Positions 55,954 to 64,000 of a DNA stretch of 64,000 bases are shown piece after piece (the first letter of the stretch is position 1; the number at the start of each line of letters is the position of its first letter). Position numbers and translations under genes: made by a program. The DNA comes from an uncultured Actinomycetes bacterium (GTDB lineage: Bacteria > Actinomycetota > Thermoleophilia > UBA2241). The notes below the pieces were generated by a model. The model saw only the letters and a program-made list of their open reading frames with translations. It was not told the origin of the DNA and did not search any database. The DNA lies in contig CAVXDR010000005.1 of NCBI GenBank assembly GCA_963760655.1, positions 678,345 to 742,344 on the forward strand, read 5' to 3'.

Positions 55954-56877
55954 TCACGCCGGCGCCTCGTCGACGGCCGCGCCGCGCTCGCCGAACAGCA
56001 CGACGAGCAGACCGGCCAGGATGATGAGCGCGCCGCCGGCGATCGTCGTCGTCGTCGGCCGCTGACCGAGCAGGAGGAGCGCGTAGAGCGGGGCGCTCAC
56101 CGGCTCGAAATAGCCGAGGATGGCGGAGTGCTGCACCCGGATGCGGCTCACGCCCTCTGTCCAGAGGGTGTAGGCGAGCGCCGTGCAGACCAGGCCGAGC
56201 ACGATGCCGATGAGCAGGTCGTGGGCGCTCATCGAGCGGCCCGCACCCACGGTCTGCCACAAGGCGAGCGGCAGCAGGACGAGGGCGTCGACCGTCATCT
56301 CGCTGATCACGATCGTGACGGCGCCCACGCCGCGGTCGGTCAGGTCCTTGACGACGAGCTGGAAGGTGGCGTACCCGAGGCCCGACACCGTGCCGGCCAC
56401 GAGGCCGAGCGTCGACACGCGCACGCCCTGGCCGAGCAGGCTCGGCAGCAGGATGGTGGCAAGGCCGGCGAGCGCGACGGCAAGCGCGGCGTACACCAGC
56501 GGTTCGGTGCGGGCATGCAGCAGGTGCGGCGCGGCGAGCGCCACGTACACGGGCGCCGCGAACTCGAGGAACATGCCGATCGAGACGTTCGTGTCGCGCA
56601 GCGCGACGAAGAACAGCAGCAGCGTGCCGGCGTCGACCAGGCCCATGAGGAGCAGGCGCGGCGCGATCCCCGGGCGGCGCACGCCGGCGAGCGGCCGGCG
56701 CCGCGCGAACACGGCGCCGAGCACCACGCCGGCCGTCGCGAAGCGCACCACGAGCAGGGCGCTCTCGGGCGCGGTCGTCGAGTCGACGAGGGCGCCGATC
56801 GCCCCCATGATCAGGTACGACACGGCGACCAGGCCGTAGCCGCGCAAGGCCACGTGGCGCGCGCTGGTCGCGCTCAC
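55954..56877 (-). CDS. EamA/DMT transporter (4th of tandem array)
   Basis: GTG 56877 overlaps the previous stop; FAAPVYVAL, ILGYFEPVSAPLYA. Confidence 0.88.
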   Translation of the reverse strand: MSATSARHVALRGYGLVAVSYLIMGAIGALVDSTTAPESALLVVRFATAGVVLGAVFARRRPLAGVRRPGIAPRLLLMGLVDAGTLLLFFVALRDTNVSIGMFLEFAAPVYVALAAPHLLHARTEPLVYAALAVALAGLATILLPSLLGQGVRVSTLGLVAGTVSGLGYATFQLVVKDLTDRGVGAVTIVISEMTVDALVLLPLALWQTVGAGRSMSAHDLLIGIVLGLVCTALAYTLWTEGVSRIRVQHSAILGYFEPVSAPLYALLLLGQRPTTTTIAGGALIILAGLLVVLFGERGAAVDEAPA

Positions 56878-57779
56878 ACCACGACCGCCTCTGGTGGCTC
56901 GCGCTGGGGCGACCCGAAGGCGACCACGAGCACGCCGGCGGCCACGATCAGCGCACCGCCGACGAGCGTGGTCGTCGCGGTCGACTCGCCGAGCAGCAGC
57001 AGCGCGTAGAGCGGCGCGCTCACCGGCTCCAGGTAGCCGAGGATCGAGGCGTGCTCGACGCGCACGCGGCGCAGCCCCTCGACATAGGCCACATAGGGGA
57101 TGGCCGTGCAGACGACGCCGATCACGAGCGTCACGGCGAGGTCGCGGCCGTCCGGGCGGTAGTGGACGGCCGCGACCTGCCACGCGGCGAGCGGCAGCAG
57201 GACGACGGCGTCGACCACCATCTCGGCGAGGGCGATCGTGGCGCTGCGCAGCGTCCTCGTAAGCGCCTTCGCGGTGAGCGCATAGCCGGCGTAAAGAAAG
57301 CCAGTGGCCAGGCCACAGGCGACGCCGGCAAGCGAGACGTGAGCGCCGGCGGCCATCGCCGGCACGAGGATCGCCGCCATGCCGGCGACCGACAGACCGA
57401 GCGCCGGGTACACGACGCGGTCGGGCCGCTCGCCGAGCAGGCGCGGCGCGAACAGGCTCACGTACACGGGCGCCGTGAAGAGCAGGAACATGCCGACCGC
57501 GACGCCGGCCAGCCGCAGCGCGATGAAGAACAGCAGCAGGGTCGAGGCGCTGAAAGCACCCATGAGCAGGAGACGGGCGAGCGTGCGCCGGTCGCGCAGC
57601 TCGGCGAGCAGCGGACGGCGCATGAAGACGGCGCCGACGAGCAGGGCGGCGATCGCCATGCGCGCCACGATCAGGGCGCTCTCGGGCATGCTCGTCATGC
57701 GCACCAGGGCGCCCAGCGAGCCCCAGGTCAGGAAGCTGAACGAAACGAGCGCGTACCCGGTGGTCGCGCGACGCCTCAC
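56874..57779 (-). CDS. EamA/DMT transporter (3rd of tandem array)
   Basis: GTG 57779 overlaps the previous stop; FTAPVYVSL, ILGYLEPVSAPLYA. Confidence 0.88.
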   Translation of the reverse strand: MRRRATTGYALVSFSFLTWGSLGALVRMTSMPESALIVARMAIAALLVGAVFMRRPLLAELRDRRTLARLLLMGAFSASTLLLFFIALRLAGVAVGMFLLFTAPVYVSLFAPRLLGERPDRVVYPALGLSVAGMAAILVPAMAAGAHVSLAGVACGLATGFLYAGYALTAKALTRTLRSATIALAEMVVDAVVLLPLAAWQVAAVHYRPDGRDLAVTLVIGVVCTAIPYVAYVEGLRRVRVEHASILGYLEPVSAPLYALLLLGESTATTTLVGGALIVAAGVLVVAFGSPQREPPEAVVV

Positions 57780-58729
57780 CGTCCGGCTCCCGCGCCCGGG
57801 CCGGTCAAGCCGGGGAGCGCTCGCCGGGCCGGCGGCGCCGCGGCGGCCTTGTCCTCGCCGGCGCCGAAGCGCACCACAATCACGCCGGCGCCGATGATGA
57901 GGACGCCGCCGGCGAGGGTCCACAGCGAGGGCACCTGGCTCAGGAAGACCAGGGCGTAGAGCGGGGCGCTCACCGGCTCCACGTACCCGATGATGCCGGC
58001 GTGCTGCACCTTGATGAAGCGCATGCCGTCCATCACCAGGCTGAAGGCGAGCGCCGTGCAGACCACGCCGAGATAGGCGGCGATGGCGCAGTTGCGCAGC
58101 GTGAAGTCGGCCGCCGGAGTCTGCGCGAGGCCCAGGGGCAGCAGCACGAGGGCGGCCAGCAGGCTGATCGCGAACACGATGGTCGTGGCGTGCACCTCGC
58201 GGCGGCGGAGCTGCTTGCCGCCGATCAGGTAGACGGCGTAGCCGACTCCGGCGAGCGTGGCGAAGAAGAGGCCGTAGGGCGTGAGCCGCACGCTCTCGCC
58301 GGTGAGCCCGGGCACCAGGATGAGCGCCATGCCGGCCAGGCCAACGCCGAGCGCCGCGTAGACGGCCCGCTCGGTGCGGCCGCCCTCGAGGTGGGGCGCC
58401 AGGAACGCGATGTAGAGCGGCGCCAGATACGACAGGAAGATGGCCACCGCCACGCCGGTCTGGCGGATGGCGATGAAATAGCTCACGAGGTTGATCGCGA
58501 GCGCGACGCCCAGGACCAGCAGGCGCACGGTGGTGCCGCGGTCGGCCACCAGCGCGCGAAAGTCGCGGCGCACGGCGACGACGACCCCCAGGACGAGCGC
58601 AGCGCACAGCATGCGCATCGCGACGAGCATGACGGTGGGCATGGTGGCGTAGGTCACGAACACGCCGATCGAGCCGTTCACGAGGCCGGCCGCCATGGTC
58701 TCGCCGTAGCCGCGCAGGCGGCCGCTCAC
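57776..58729 (-). CDS. EamA/DMT transporter (2nd of tandem array)
   Basis: YLAPLYIAF, IIGYVEPVSAPLYA; GTGA overlap. Confidence 0.88.
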   Translation of the reverse strand: MSGRLRGYGETMAAGLVNGSIGVFVTYATMPTVMLVAMRMLCAALVLGVVVAVRRDFRALVADRGTTVRLLVLGVALAINLVSYFIAIRQTGVAVAIFLSYLAPLYIAFLAPHLEGGRTERAVYAALGVGLAGMALILVPGLTGESVRLTPYGLFFATLAGVGYAVYLIGGKQLRRREVHATTIVFAISLLAALVLLPLGLAQTPAADFTLRNCAIAAYLGVVCTALAFSLVMDGMRFIKVQHAGIIGYVEPVSAPLYALVFLSQVPSLWTLAGGVLIIGAGVIVVRFGAGEDKAAAAPPARRALPGLTGPGAGAGR

Positions 58730-59655
58730 GCAGGCACCTCGGTCTCGGCACGGCCCAGGGCGATGGCGATGATGCCGGCGACGATGATCAGCGCGCCGCC
58801 GAGCCAGGTCGAAAGCGGCGGCCGCTCACCGACCAGCAGGAGCGCCCAGAGCGGCGCGGTGACCGGCTCGAGGTAGCCCAGGATGCCGGAGTGCTCGACC
58901 GGCACGAAGCGCAGGCCGTCCGTGAACAGGCTGAAGCACAGGGCGGTGTAGACGAGGCCCATGACCACGACGATGGCTGCGTCGCCGGCCGTGGGCCGGT
59001 AGTGCCCGGCGGCGGTCTGCCAGACCGCGACCGGCAGGACCAGCGCGACGGTGCACACGCAGAAGGACAGGGTGTACGTGGTACCGCGGATCACCTCGCC
59101 CAGGCTCTTGATCTGCAGGAGCGCCGCGGCGTAGCAGCCGCCGGCGAGGAGGCCGCAGACCACGCCCGGCAGCAGGTGCGACGAGCCGGCCGGCATGAGC
59201 GTCGGCACGACGATCAGCCCCATGCCGGCCACGGCCAGGACGATCGCCGCCGTGTCGCTGCGCTCGCGCCTGGTGTGCAGCACCCAGGGCGCGACGATCA
59301 CGATGTACACGGGCGCCATGTACTCGAGCGCGATGCCGACCGCCACGCCGGCCAGCCGGATCGCCGCAAAGTAGAAGAGCAGCTCGCAGGCCACCGTGCA
59401 GCCGATCAGCATGAGCCGCCACGGGTGCCCGGAGCGACGCACCTCGGCGATCCCGCCGGTGAGCAGGAACAGCGGCCCCAGCACGAGACCGGCGAGCGCC
59501 ATGCGCAGCACGAGCAGCAGGCTCGCCGGCGCGTGCGAGACCATGAGCAGCGCCCCCGACGTGCCGAGGATCAGCGAGGCGCCGCCGATCTCGGCGTAGC
59601 CGCGCAGGCGGCGGCGCGCGCCGCCGCCCGAGAGCGGGACCGACTCGATGGTCAC
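58726..59655 (-). CDS. EamA/DMT transporter (1st of tandem array)
   Basis: GTG 59655; YMAPVYIV, ILGYLEPVTAPLWA. Confidence 0.88.
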   Translation of the reverse strand: MTIESVPLSGGGARRRLRGYAEIGGASLILGTSGALLMVSHAPASLLLVLRMALAGLVLGPLFLLTGGIAEVRRSGHPWRLMLIGCTVACELLFYFAAIRLAGVAVGIALEYMAPVYIVIVAPWVLHTRRERSDTAAIVLAVAGMGLIVVPTLMPAGSSHLLPGVVCGLLAGGCYAAALLQIKSLGEVIRGTTYTLSFCVCTVALVLPVAVWQTAAGHYRPTAGDAAIVVVMGLVYTALCFSLFTDGLRFVPVEHSGILGYLEPVTAPLWALLLVGERPPLSTWLGGALIIVAGIIAIALGRAETEVPA

Positions 59656-59678
59656 GGACGACCCCCTATCGCCGCCGG

Positions 59679-61478
59679 TCAGGAGAAGCCGAGCTCGGCG
59701 GTGAAGACCTCGTGGAACTGGTGGTCGGTGGCGAGGTCGAGGAACTCGATCGCACGTGCGAGCTCGGCCATGGCGCGCCGCTCCTCGACGTCGATCAGCG
59801 CCATCTGCGCGCCCACGCCGGCGGCGTTGCCGACGAAGGCGATGCGCTCGCGCGGCACGTCGGGCAGCAGGCCGATGGCGAGCGCGTTGTCGACGTCGAG
59901 CTCGTTGCCGAAGGCGCCGGCCACCAGGACCTGGTCGAGCCCGGCGGGCTCGACGCCGGCGTGGGCGAGCAACAGTCTGGCGCCGCTCGCGATGGCCGCC
60001 TTGGCGAGCTGCAGCGAGCGCACGTCGTGCTGCGTGAAGACGATGTCGCCCTGGGGCCCCTGCGCGAGCACGAACTCGAGGCCCGGGGACGTGTCGCTGG
60101 AGCGCACCCGGGCGTGGGGCTGCAGGCGGCCGCTGCGGTCGACCACGCCCGACGCGACGAGGCCGGCCAGCAGGTCGACCACGCCCGACCCGCACAGGCC
60201 GAGCGGCTCGCGGCCGCCGATCGTGCGCAGGTCGCGCGGCTCACCGTCGGGACCGAGCGTGACGCGCTCGATCGCGCCCTCGACCGCCTTCATGCCGCAG
60301 CTCACCTGGTAGCCCTCGAAGGCCGGGCCCGAGGCGCAGCTCGTGACGATCACGCGGCCCGCGTGGGCCAGGGCGATCTCGGTGTTCGTGCCGATGTCGA
60401 TCGCGAGGCGAGGCGTCGTCGACTGGGCCAGGCGGGTGGCGACGATGACGGCCAGGCAGTCCGACCCCACGAAGCCGGCGATCGGCGGCGGAAAGTGGAC
60501 GCCTGCCTCGGGATTCATGGCGAAGCCGAGCTCGGCGGCCCGCAGGGTGAGCGGCGCGGCCGTGGCCGGCGCGAAGGGCGCCGCGCCCAGCCCGACGGCC
60601 GACAGCCCCAGGGCCAGGTGGTGCATGGCGGTGTTGCCCACGACGGTCATGTCGTAGAGGTGACGCGCGGGGATGGCCTGGCGCGCGCAGAGCGCCGCGA
60701 GCAGCTTGTTGATGCCGCCGCGCGCGGCGCGCCGCAGGTCGTCGAGGCGACCTTCGTGGATCGCCTGGGTGAGCCGGGTGACGACGTCCTCGCCGAAGCG
60801 CATCTGCGGGTTCTCGAGCGCCTCCTGGTCGATCTGCCGGCCGCTCGTCAGGTCGAACAGATACGCGATGATCTTAGAGGTGCCGACGTCGACGGCCACG
60901 CCGAAGGCCGGGCCGTCGCCGTTGCCGGTCTCGACGTCGCCGGTCTCGACGTCGATCGGGCGCCCCGCGTAGCTCGTCACGACGGCGCGGTAACCGCCCG
61001 CGCGCAGGGTCTCCGGCAGGGTACGGGCCACGCCGAGCGGCAGGTCTGCGTCGCCCAGGGCGGCGAGCAGCCGCTCGCGGTCGGCGCGCGCGTCGGCGAG
61101 CGTCGGCGGCTCGAGGGTCACGGCCGCGCGCACGACGGCCGGGTGCGGCTCGCCGGGGTGCAGGCGCGAGGTCGTGAGGATCTGGCGGCGGCCCTGCGTG
61201 GCGCGCACCTCGATGCTCACCCGCTCGGAGAGCGGCACGGTCTGGCAGGCCAGGCGCCAGCCCTGCGCGCGACGGCTCGCCGGCACCTTGCCGCGCTCGA
61301 TCTCGTTGGGCTCGCTGAAGCTGCCGGCGCCGGTGCGCACCAGGCACTTGCCGCAGGTGCCGCGGCCGGCGCAGTCGACGGGCAGATCGACGGCGCCGCT
61401 CGTGACGACCGCGAGCAGCGACTCGCCGTCTGCGATCTCGACGGTCACGCCGATGGGCTCGACGAACACTCTGGTCAT
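59679..61478 (-). CDS. ASKHA-domain reductive activator of corrinoid proteins (RACo/AcsV/DUF4445) with N-terminal [2Fe-2S]
   Basis: CAGRGTCGKC..RLACQ, VDVGTS, NPQMRFGEDVVTR, VGNTAMHHL, GFVGSD, IDIGTNTE, SGPAFEG, GLCGSG, QLAKAAI, AGAFG, GNAAG. Confidence 0.9.
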   Translation of the reverse strand: MTRVFVEPIGVTVEIADGESLLAVVTSGAVDLPVDCAGRGTCGKCLVRTGAGSFSEPNEIERGKVPASRRAQGWRLACQTVPLSERVSIEVRATQGRRQILTTSRLHPGEPHPAVVRAAVTLEPPTLADARADRERLLAALGDADLPLGVARTLPETLRAGGYRAVVTSYAGRPIDVETGDVETGNGDGPAFGVAVDVGTSKIIAYLFDLTSGRQIDQEALENPQMRFGEDVVTRLTQAIHEGRLDDLRRAARGGINKLLAALCARQAIPARHLYDMTVVGNTAMHHLALGLSAVGLGAAPFAPATAAPLTLRAAELGFAMNPEAGVHFPPPIAGFVGSDCLAVIVATRLAQSTTPRLAIDIGTNTEIALAHAGRVIVTSCASGPAFEGYQVSCGMKAVEGAIERVTLGPDGEPRDLRTIGGREPLGLCGSGVVDLLAGLVASGVVDRSGRLQPHARVRSSDTSPGLEFVLAQGPQGDIVFTQHDVRSLQLAKAAIASGARLLLAHAGVEPAGLDQVLVAGAFGNELDVDNALAIGLLPDVPRERIAFVGNAAGVGAQMALIDVEERRAMAELARAIEFLDLATDHQFHEVFTAELGFS

Positions 61479-61498
61479 GCTGCCTCTCAGGGTCGACG

Positions 61499-61531
61499 CG
61501 GCGGGCGGCGGCCTGCCGCCGCCGCCCGCCG
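61499..61531. repeat. GC-rich hairpin related to the one at 3603-3646
   Basis: cggcgggcggcggc-ctgcc-gccgccgcccgccg. Confidence 0.55.
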
Positions 61532-61607
61532 TCTGCTTGTCTCGGGCGCCGTCAGCGGCGCCCGTCGGCGACGATCGACTGCGCCGTGTCGCTCGGCCGG
61601 CGCTCGC

Positions 61608-62894
61608 CTAGTCCTGCATGCGCGCCTTGCGGTCGGCGACCTTCTTCATGCGCGCGTCCCAGACCTCGCTGAGCGTCGGGCCGTGGTCGTCGTACATGCC
61701 GGCCACGCCGAGGCGCCGGCGCCCGGCCTCGCAGTCGGGGCAGTGGCACTCGGGCTCGACATAGTCGTCGGGCTCGGTGTACTTGCTGATCACGCCCTCG
61801 TAGTTGCGCAGGATCACGTGGCCGGGAGCCTGCGAGATCATGTACTGCGGCATGACCGGCGTCTTCCCGCCGCCGCCGATGGCGTCGATGATGTAGGTCG
61901 GCACGGCGAAGCCGGTGGTGTGGCCACGCAGGCTCTCGGCGATCTCGATGCCCTTCGCCACGCTCGTGCGGAAGTGCGAGGTGCCCTCGGCCAGGTCGCA
62001 CTGGTAGAAGTAGTAGGGCTTGACGCGCGCCATGACGAGCCGGTGCACGAGCCGCTTCATGACGTTGGCGCAGTCGTTGACACCGCGCATGAGCACCGTC
62101 TGGTTGCCGAGCGGGATGCCGGCGTCGGCCAGCATCGCGCACGCCCGGACGGAGTCTTCGGTGAACTCCCTGGGGTGGTTGAAGTGGGTGTTCAGGTAGA
62201 GCGGGTGGTACTTCTTGAGCATCGCGCAGAGCTCAGGGGTCACGCGCTGCGGGCAGACGACCGGCACGCGCGAGCCGATGCGCACGATCTCGACGTGGTC
62301 GATGGCGCGCACGCGGGCGATGATCTCCTCGAGCTTATCGTCGGCCAGCACGAGCGGGTCGCCGCCGGACAGCAGCACGTCGCGCACCTCGGGCGAGCGC
62401 TCGATGTAGCGGATGGCCGCGTCGATCTCGGCCTGGGGGACGGCCTGCTCGTGACTGCCGACGTGCCGCCGCCGGGTGCAGTGACGGCAGTACATCGAGC
62501 ACATCTCGGTGACCGTGAACAGCACGCGGTCGGGGTACCGGTGGGTGATGTGCGGCACCGGCGAGTCGAAGTCCTCGGAGAGGGCGTCCTTGGCCTCTTC
62601 GGGATGCACGACGAGCTCCGCCGGGGTCGGCACGGCCTGCATACGCACGGGGTCGTGGGCGTCGTCGGGGTCGATCAGCGAGGCGTAGTAGGGCGTGACC
62701 GACACGCGGAACTTGCCCATGCAGGCCTCGAGGTCGGCGCGCAGCTCGGGCGTGAGATTGAGCACCTGCTCGAAGTCGGCGACCGTCGTGAGCCGGTTGG
62801 CGAGCTGCCAGTGATAGTCGTTCCACTGGGCCTCGGTCACGTCGCTGAAGCGCGGGATGTCTTTCCAGTGTCGCTGTGTGGTCTGCACGGTCAT
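61608..62894 (-). CDS. kamA: Lysine 2,3-aminomutase (radical SAM, PLP)
   Basis: THRYPDRVL, CSMYCRHCTRRR, LLSGGDPL, THFNHPRE, NQTVLMRGVND, YQCD, DAIGGGGK (PLP Lys), C-terminal CHCPDC zinc site; SD AAGGAGG. Confidence 0.95.
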   Translation of the reverse strand: MTVQTTQRHWKDIPRFSDVTEAQWNDYHWQLANRLTTVADFEQVLNLTPELRADLEACMGKFRVSVTPYYASLIDPDDAHDPVRMQAVPTPAELVVHPEEAKDALSEDFDSPVPHITHRYPDRVLFTVTEMCSMYCRHCTRRRHVGSHEQAVPQAEIDAAIRYIERSPEVRDVLLSGGDPLVLADDKLEEIIARVRAIDHVEIVRIGSRVPVVCPQRVTPELCAMLKKYHPLYLNTHFNHPREFTEDSVRACAMLADAGIPLGNQTVLMRGVNDCANVMKRLVHRLVMARVKPYYFYQCDLAEGTSHFRTSVAKGIEIAESLRGHTTGFAVPTYIIDAIGGGGKTPVMPQYMISQAPGHVILRNYEGVISKYTEPDDYVEPECHCPDCEAGRRRLGVAGMYDDHGPTLSEVWDARMKKVADRKARMQD

Positions 62895-63030
62895 GTCGTC
62901 TCCTCCTTAGCGGCGCCCCCCGGCGATCCGCACGTCGTCTCCCGTCGGCGTCGGGCCCCCGGCGAGGGGGCCGCCCGGCCCGCGACCGCCACCCGCGCGC
63001 CGGCCGCCTGGTGCTGATGGGGTCGCGCGA

Positions 63031-64000
63031 TCACAACCCTGCCGTTGCGATGATACGCCGAAGCGTCTCGAGCTTCTCCCGGCCGAGCGGCGGCGCCTCG
63101 TGGCCGGCGGCGAGCTCGCCGGCCAGGACCGCGGCGCGTTGCGCCGCACCGAGCCCGCCCTCGCGACGCCAGGCTTCGTAGGGGCTGCGGTCGAACAGGC
63201 GCGGCCGCCAGACGTCCTTCATGTGGCGCCGCGTGTGTCGCTGACCAAGGGCGTTGCCGCCGATGCCGACCGCCGCGATCGTGTCGAGGGCGATGGTCTC
63301 GTCGTCGACGGCGATCCCGGCGGCCACGGCGGCGACGTTCGACCACGTCTCGGCATCGAGCACGAGCTGGGCCGGCGAGTACACCGTACCGCCGTCGGTG
63401 TGCCCGGCCGCGGCCATGAGCGCGGCCCCGCCGAGGGCGGCGGCGAGCGCGAAGGCCGTGCCGTCGGCGGCCGACAGCCACTCGTCGGCGGCCGGCCGCG
63501 TGGGCGGGAACCCGGCGGCGAGCGGCAGGCCCGCCAGGGCGGCAAGCTGGGCGAGACCGGCGAGCGTGGCCACGCCGGCCGGTCCCAGGCCGAAGCCCGG
63601 GGCGTGCTCCTCGACCGCGGCCGGCAGGGCCGGCACGACGAACGGCGAGCCGGGCGCGGCGAGCTGTTGCACGGTGCAGGCGGCCAGGGCCGCGGCATGC
63701 ACGGCGACGAGCGCCTCGCCCGGGGTGGCCGGCGGCTCGTCGAGCACCGGCTGCGCAAAGAAGCCGCACGGCAGACCGGCGCGCGCGCAGGCCAGGAGCG
63801 GGTCGAGATCGACCTGCTCGCGGCTGTGCACGACGACGCCGAGCGGCGGCGGCGCCCCCGGCTCGCGGCCGCCGAGCGCCGCCGCGAGCGCGATCAGGGT
63901 CTCGGCCTGGGCCGCGCTCATGGCGCCGCAGACCAGCACCGGCCTGGCGCCGGCGTCGAGGGCCGCGGGCAGCTCGGCGAGGCGCCGCGTCGGCACGCCG
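63031..64000 (-). CDS. Trimethylamine methyltransferase (MttB) superfamily protein, non-pyrrolysine, divergent; 5' partial
   Basis: PATPGEAL, QQLAAPGSPFV, YSPAQLVLDAE, GIAVDDETIALDTIAAVGIGGNALGQRHT, PRLFDRSPYEAW..EG, HEAPPL. The C-terminus is typical of MttB. Confidence 0.75.
   Translation of the reverse strand, partial: GVPTRRLAELPAALDAGARPVLVCGAMSAAQAETLIALAAALGGREPGAPPPLGVVVHSREQVDLDPLLACARAGLPCGFFAQPVLDEPPATPGEALVAVHAAALAACTVQQLAAPGSPFVVPALPAAVEEHAPGFGLGPAGVATLAGLAQLAALAGLPLAAGFPPTRPAADEWLSAADGTAFALAAALGGAALMAAAGHTDGGTVYSPAQLVLDAETWSNVAAVAAGIAVDDETIALDTIAAVGIGGNALGQRHTRRHMKDVWRPRLFDRSPYEAWRREGGLGAAQRAAVLAGELAAGHEAPPLGREKLETLRRIIATAGL

Noticed and set aside
60924-60953. 15-bp tandem duplication in the RACo gene (DVETG twice)
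   Set aside because: In-frame slippage in a probable linker; real, but with no evident functional meaning.
61608-62894. EpmB (EF-P modification) or AblA (N-acetyl-beta-lysine osmolyte synthesis)
   Set aside because: Full-length KamA with a C-terminal zinc site. No efp, epmA or ablB acetyltransferase is adjacent, whereas kat and kce are nearby.
48835-63017. Long plus-strand ORFs (48835-52155, 52434-54656, 59712-63017) and the 1267-aa extension of the GGDEF frame
   Set aside because: Antisense or off-frame shadows of well-supported minus-strand genes, with no motifs.
62895-63030. Lysine or cobalamin riboswitch upstream of kamA
   Set aside because: Short GC-rich spacer without recognisable conserved riboswitch motifs by eye; an Rfam scan was not run.
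63031-64000. Pyrrolysine-containing MttB
   Set aside because: No in-frame TAG in the visible part, which appears to include the Pyl-equivalent segment, and no pyl genes in the window.

Overview
Very GC-rich bacterial chromosomal DNA. UPF0182, MMPL, an MprA/PhoP-type two-component system and leaderless TANNNT promoters suggest Actinomycetota, possibly a Thermoleophilia-like lineage (inference). Hdr-Flx, a flavodiiron protein, a radical-SAM aminomutase and a corrinoid activator point to an anaerobic or facultative lifestyle. I call about 50 CDS, two tRNAs (Asp-GTC, Val-TAC) and one frameshifted ddl, and see no mobile element, CRISPR array or rRNA. Main blocks: GH65 phosphorylase plus USP; htrA divergent from an OmpR-family two-component pair, with mirrored 11-bp-period operator arrays; tandem ArgE-like deacylases near a TIGR00300 ornithine-cyclodeaminase-like gene; a complete hdrCBA-flxDCBA operon with a candidate Rex box; mmpL-tetR; fetAB; an ECF sigma/anti-sigma pair; UPF0182; and a GAF-GAF-GGDEF protein. 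The best candidate for an undescribed system is the minus-strand cluster at 52.6-64 kb. It holds a divergent MttB-family methyltransferase, kamA, a corrinoid reductive activator, four tandem EamA transporters, kat, a carnitine-dehydrogenase-like gene and kce, with no kamDE or kdd in view. This suggests anaerobic catabolism of N-methylated lysine. All family calls rest on motif recognition by eye; no database searches were run.
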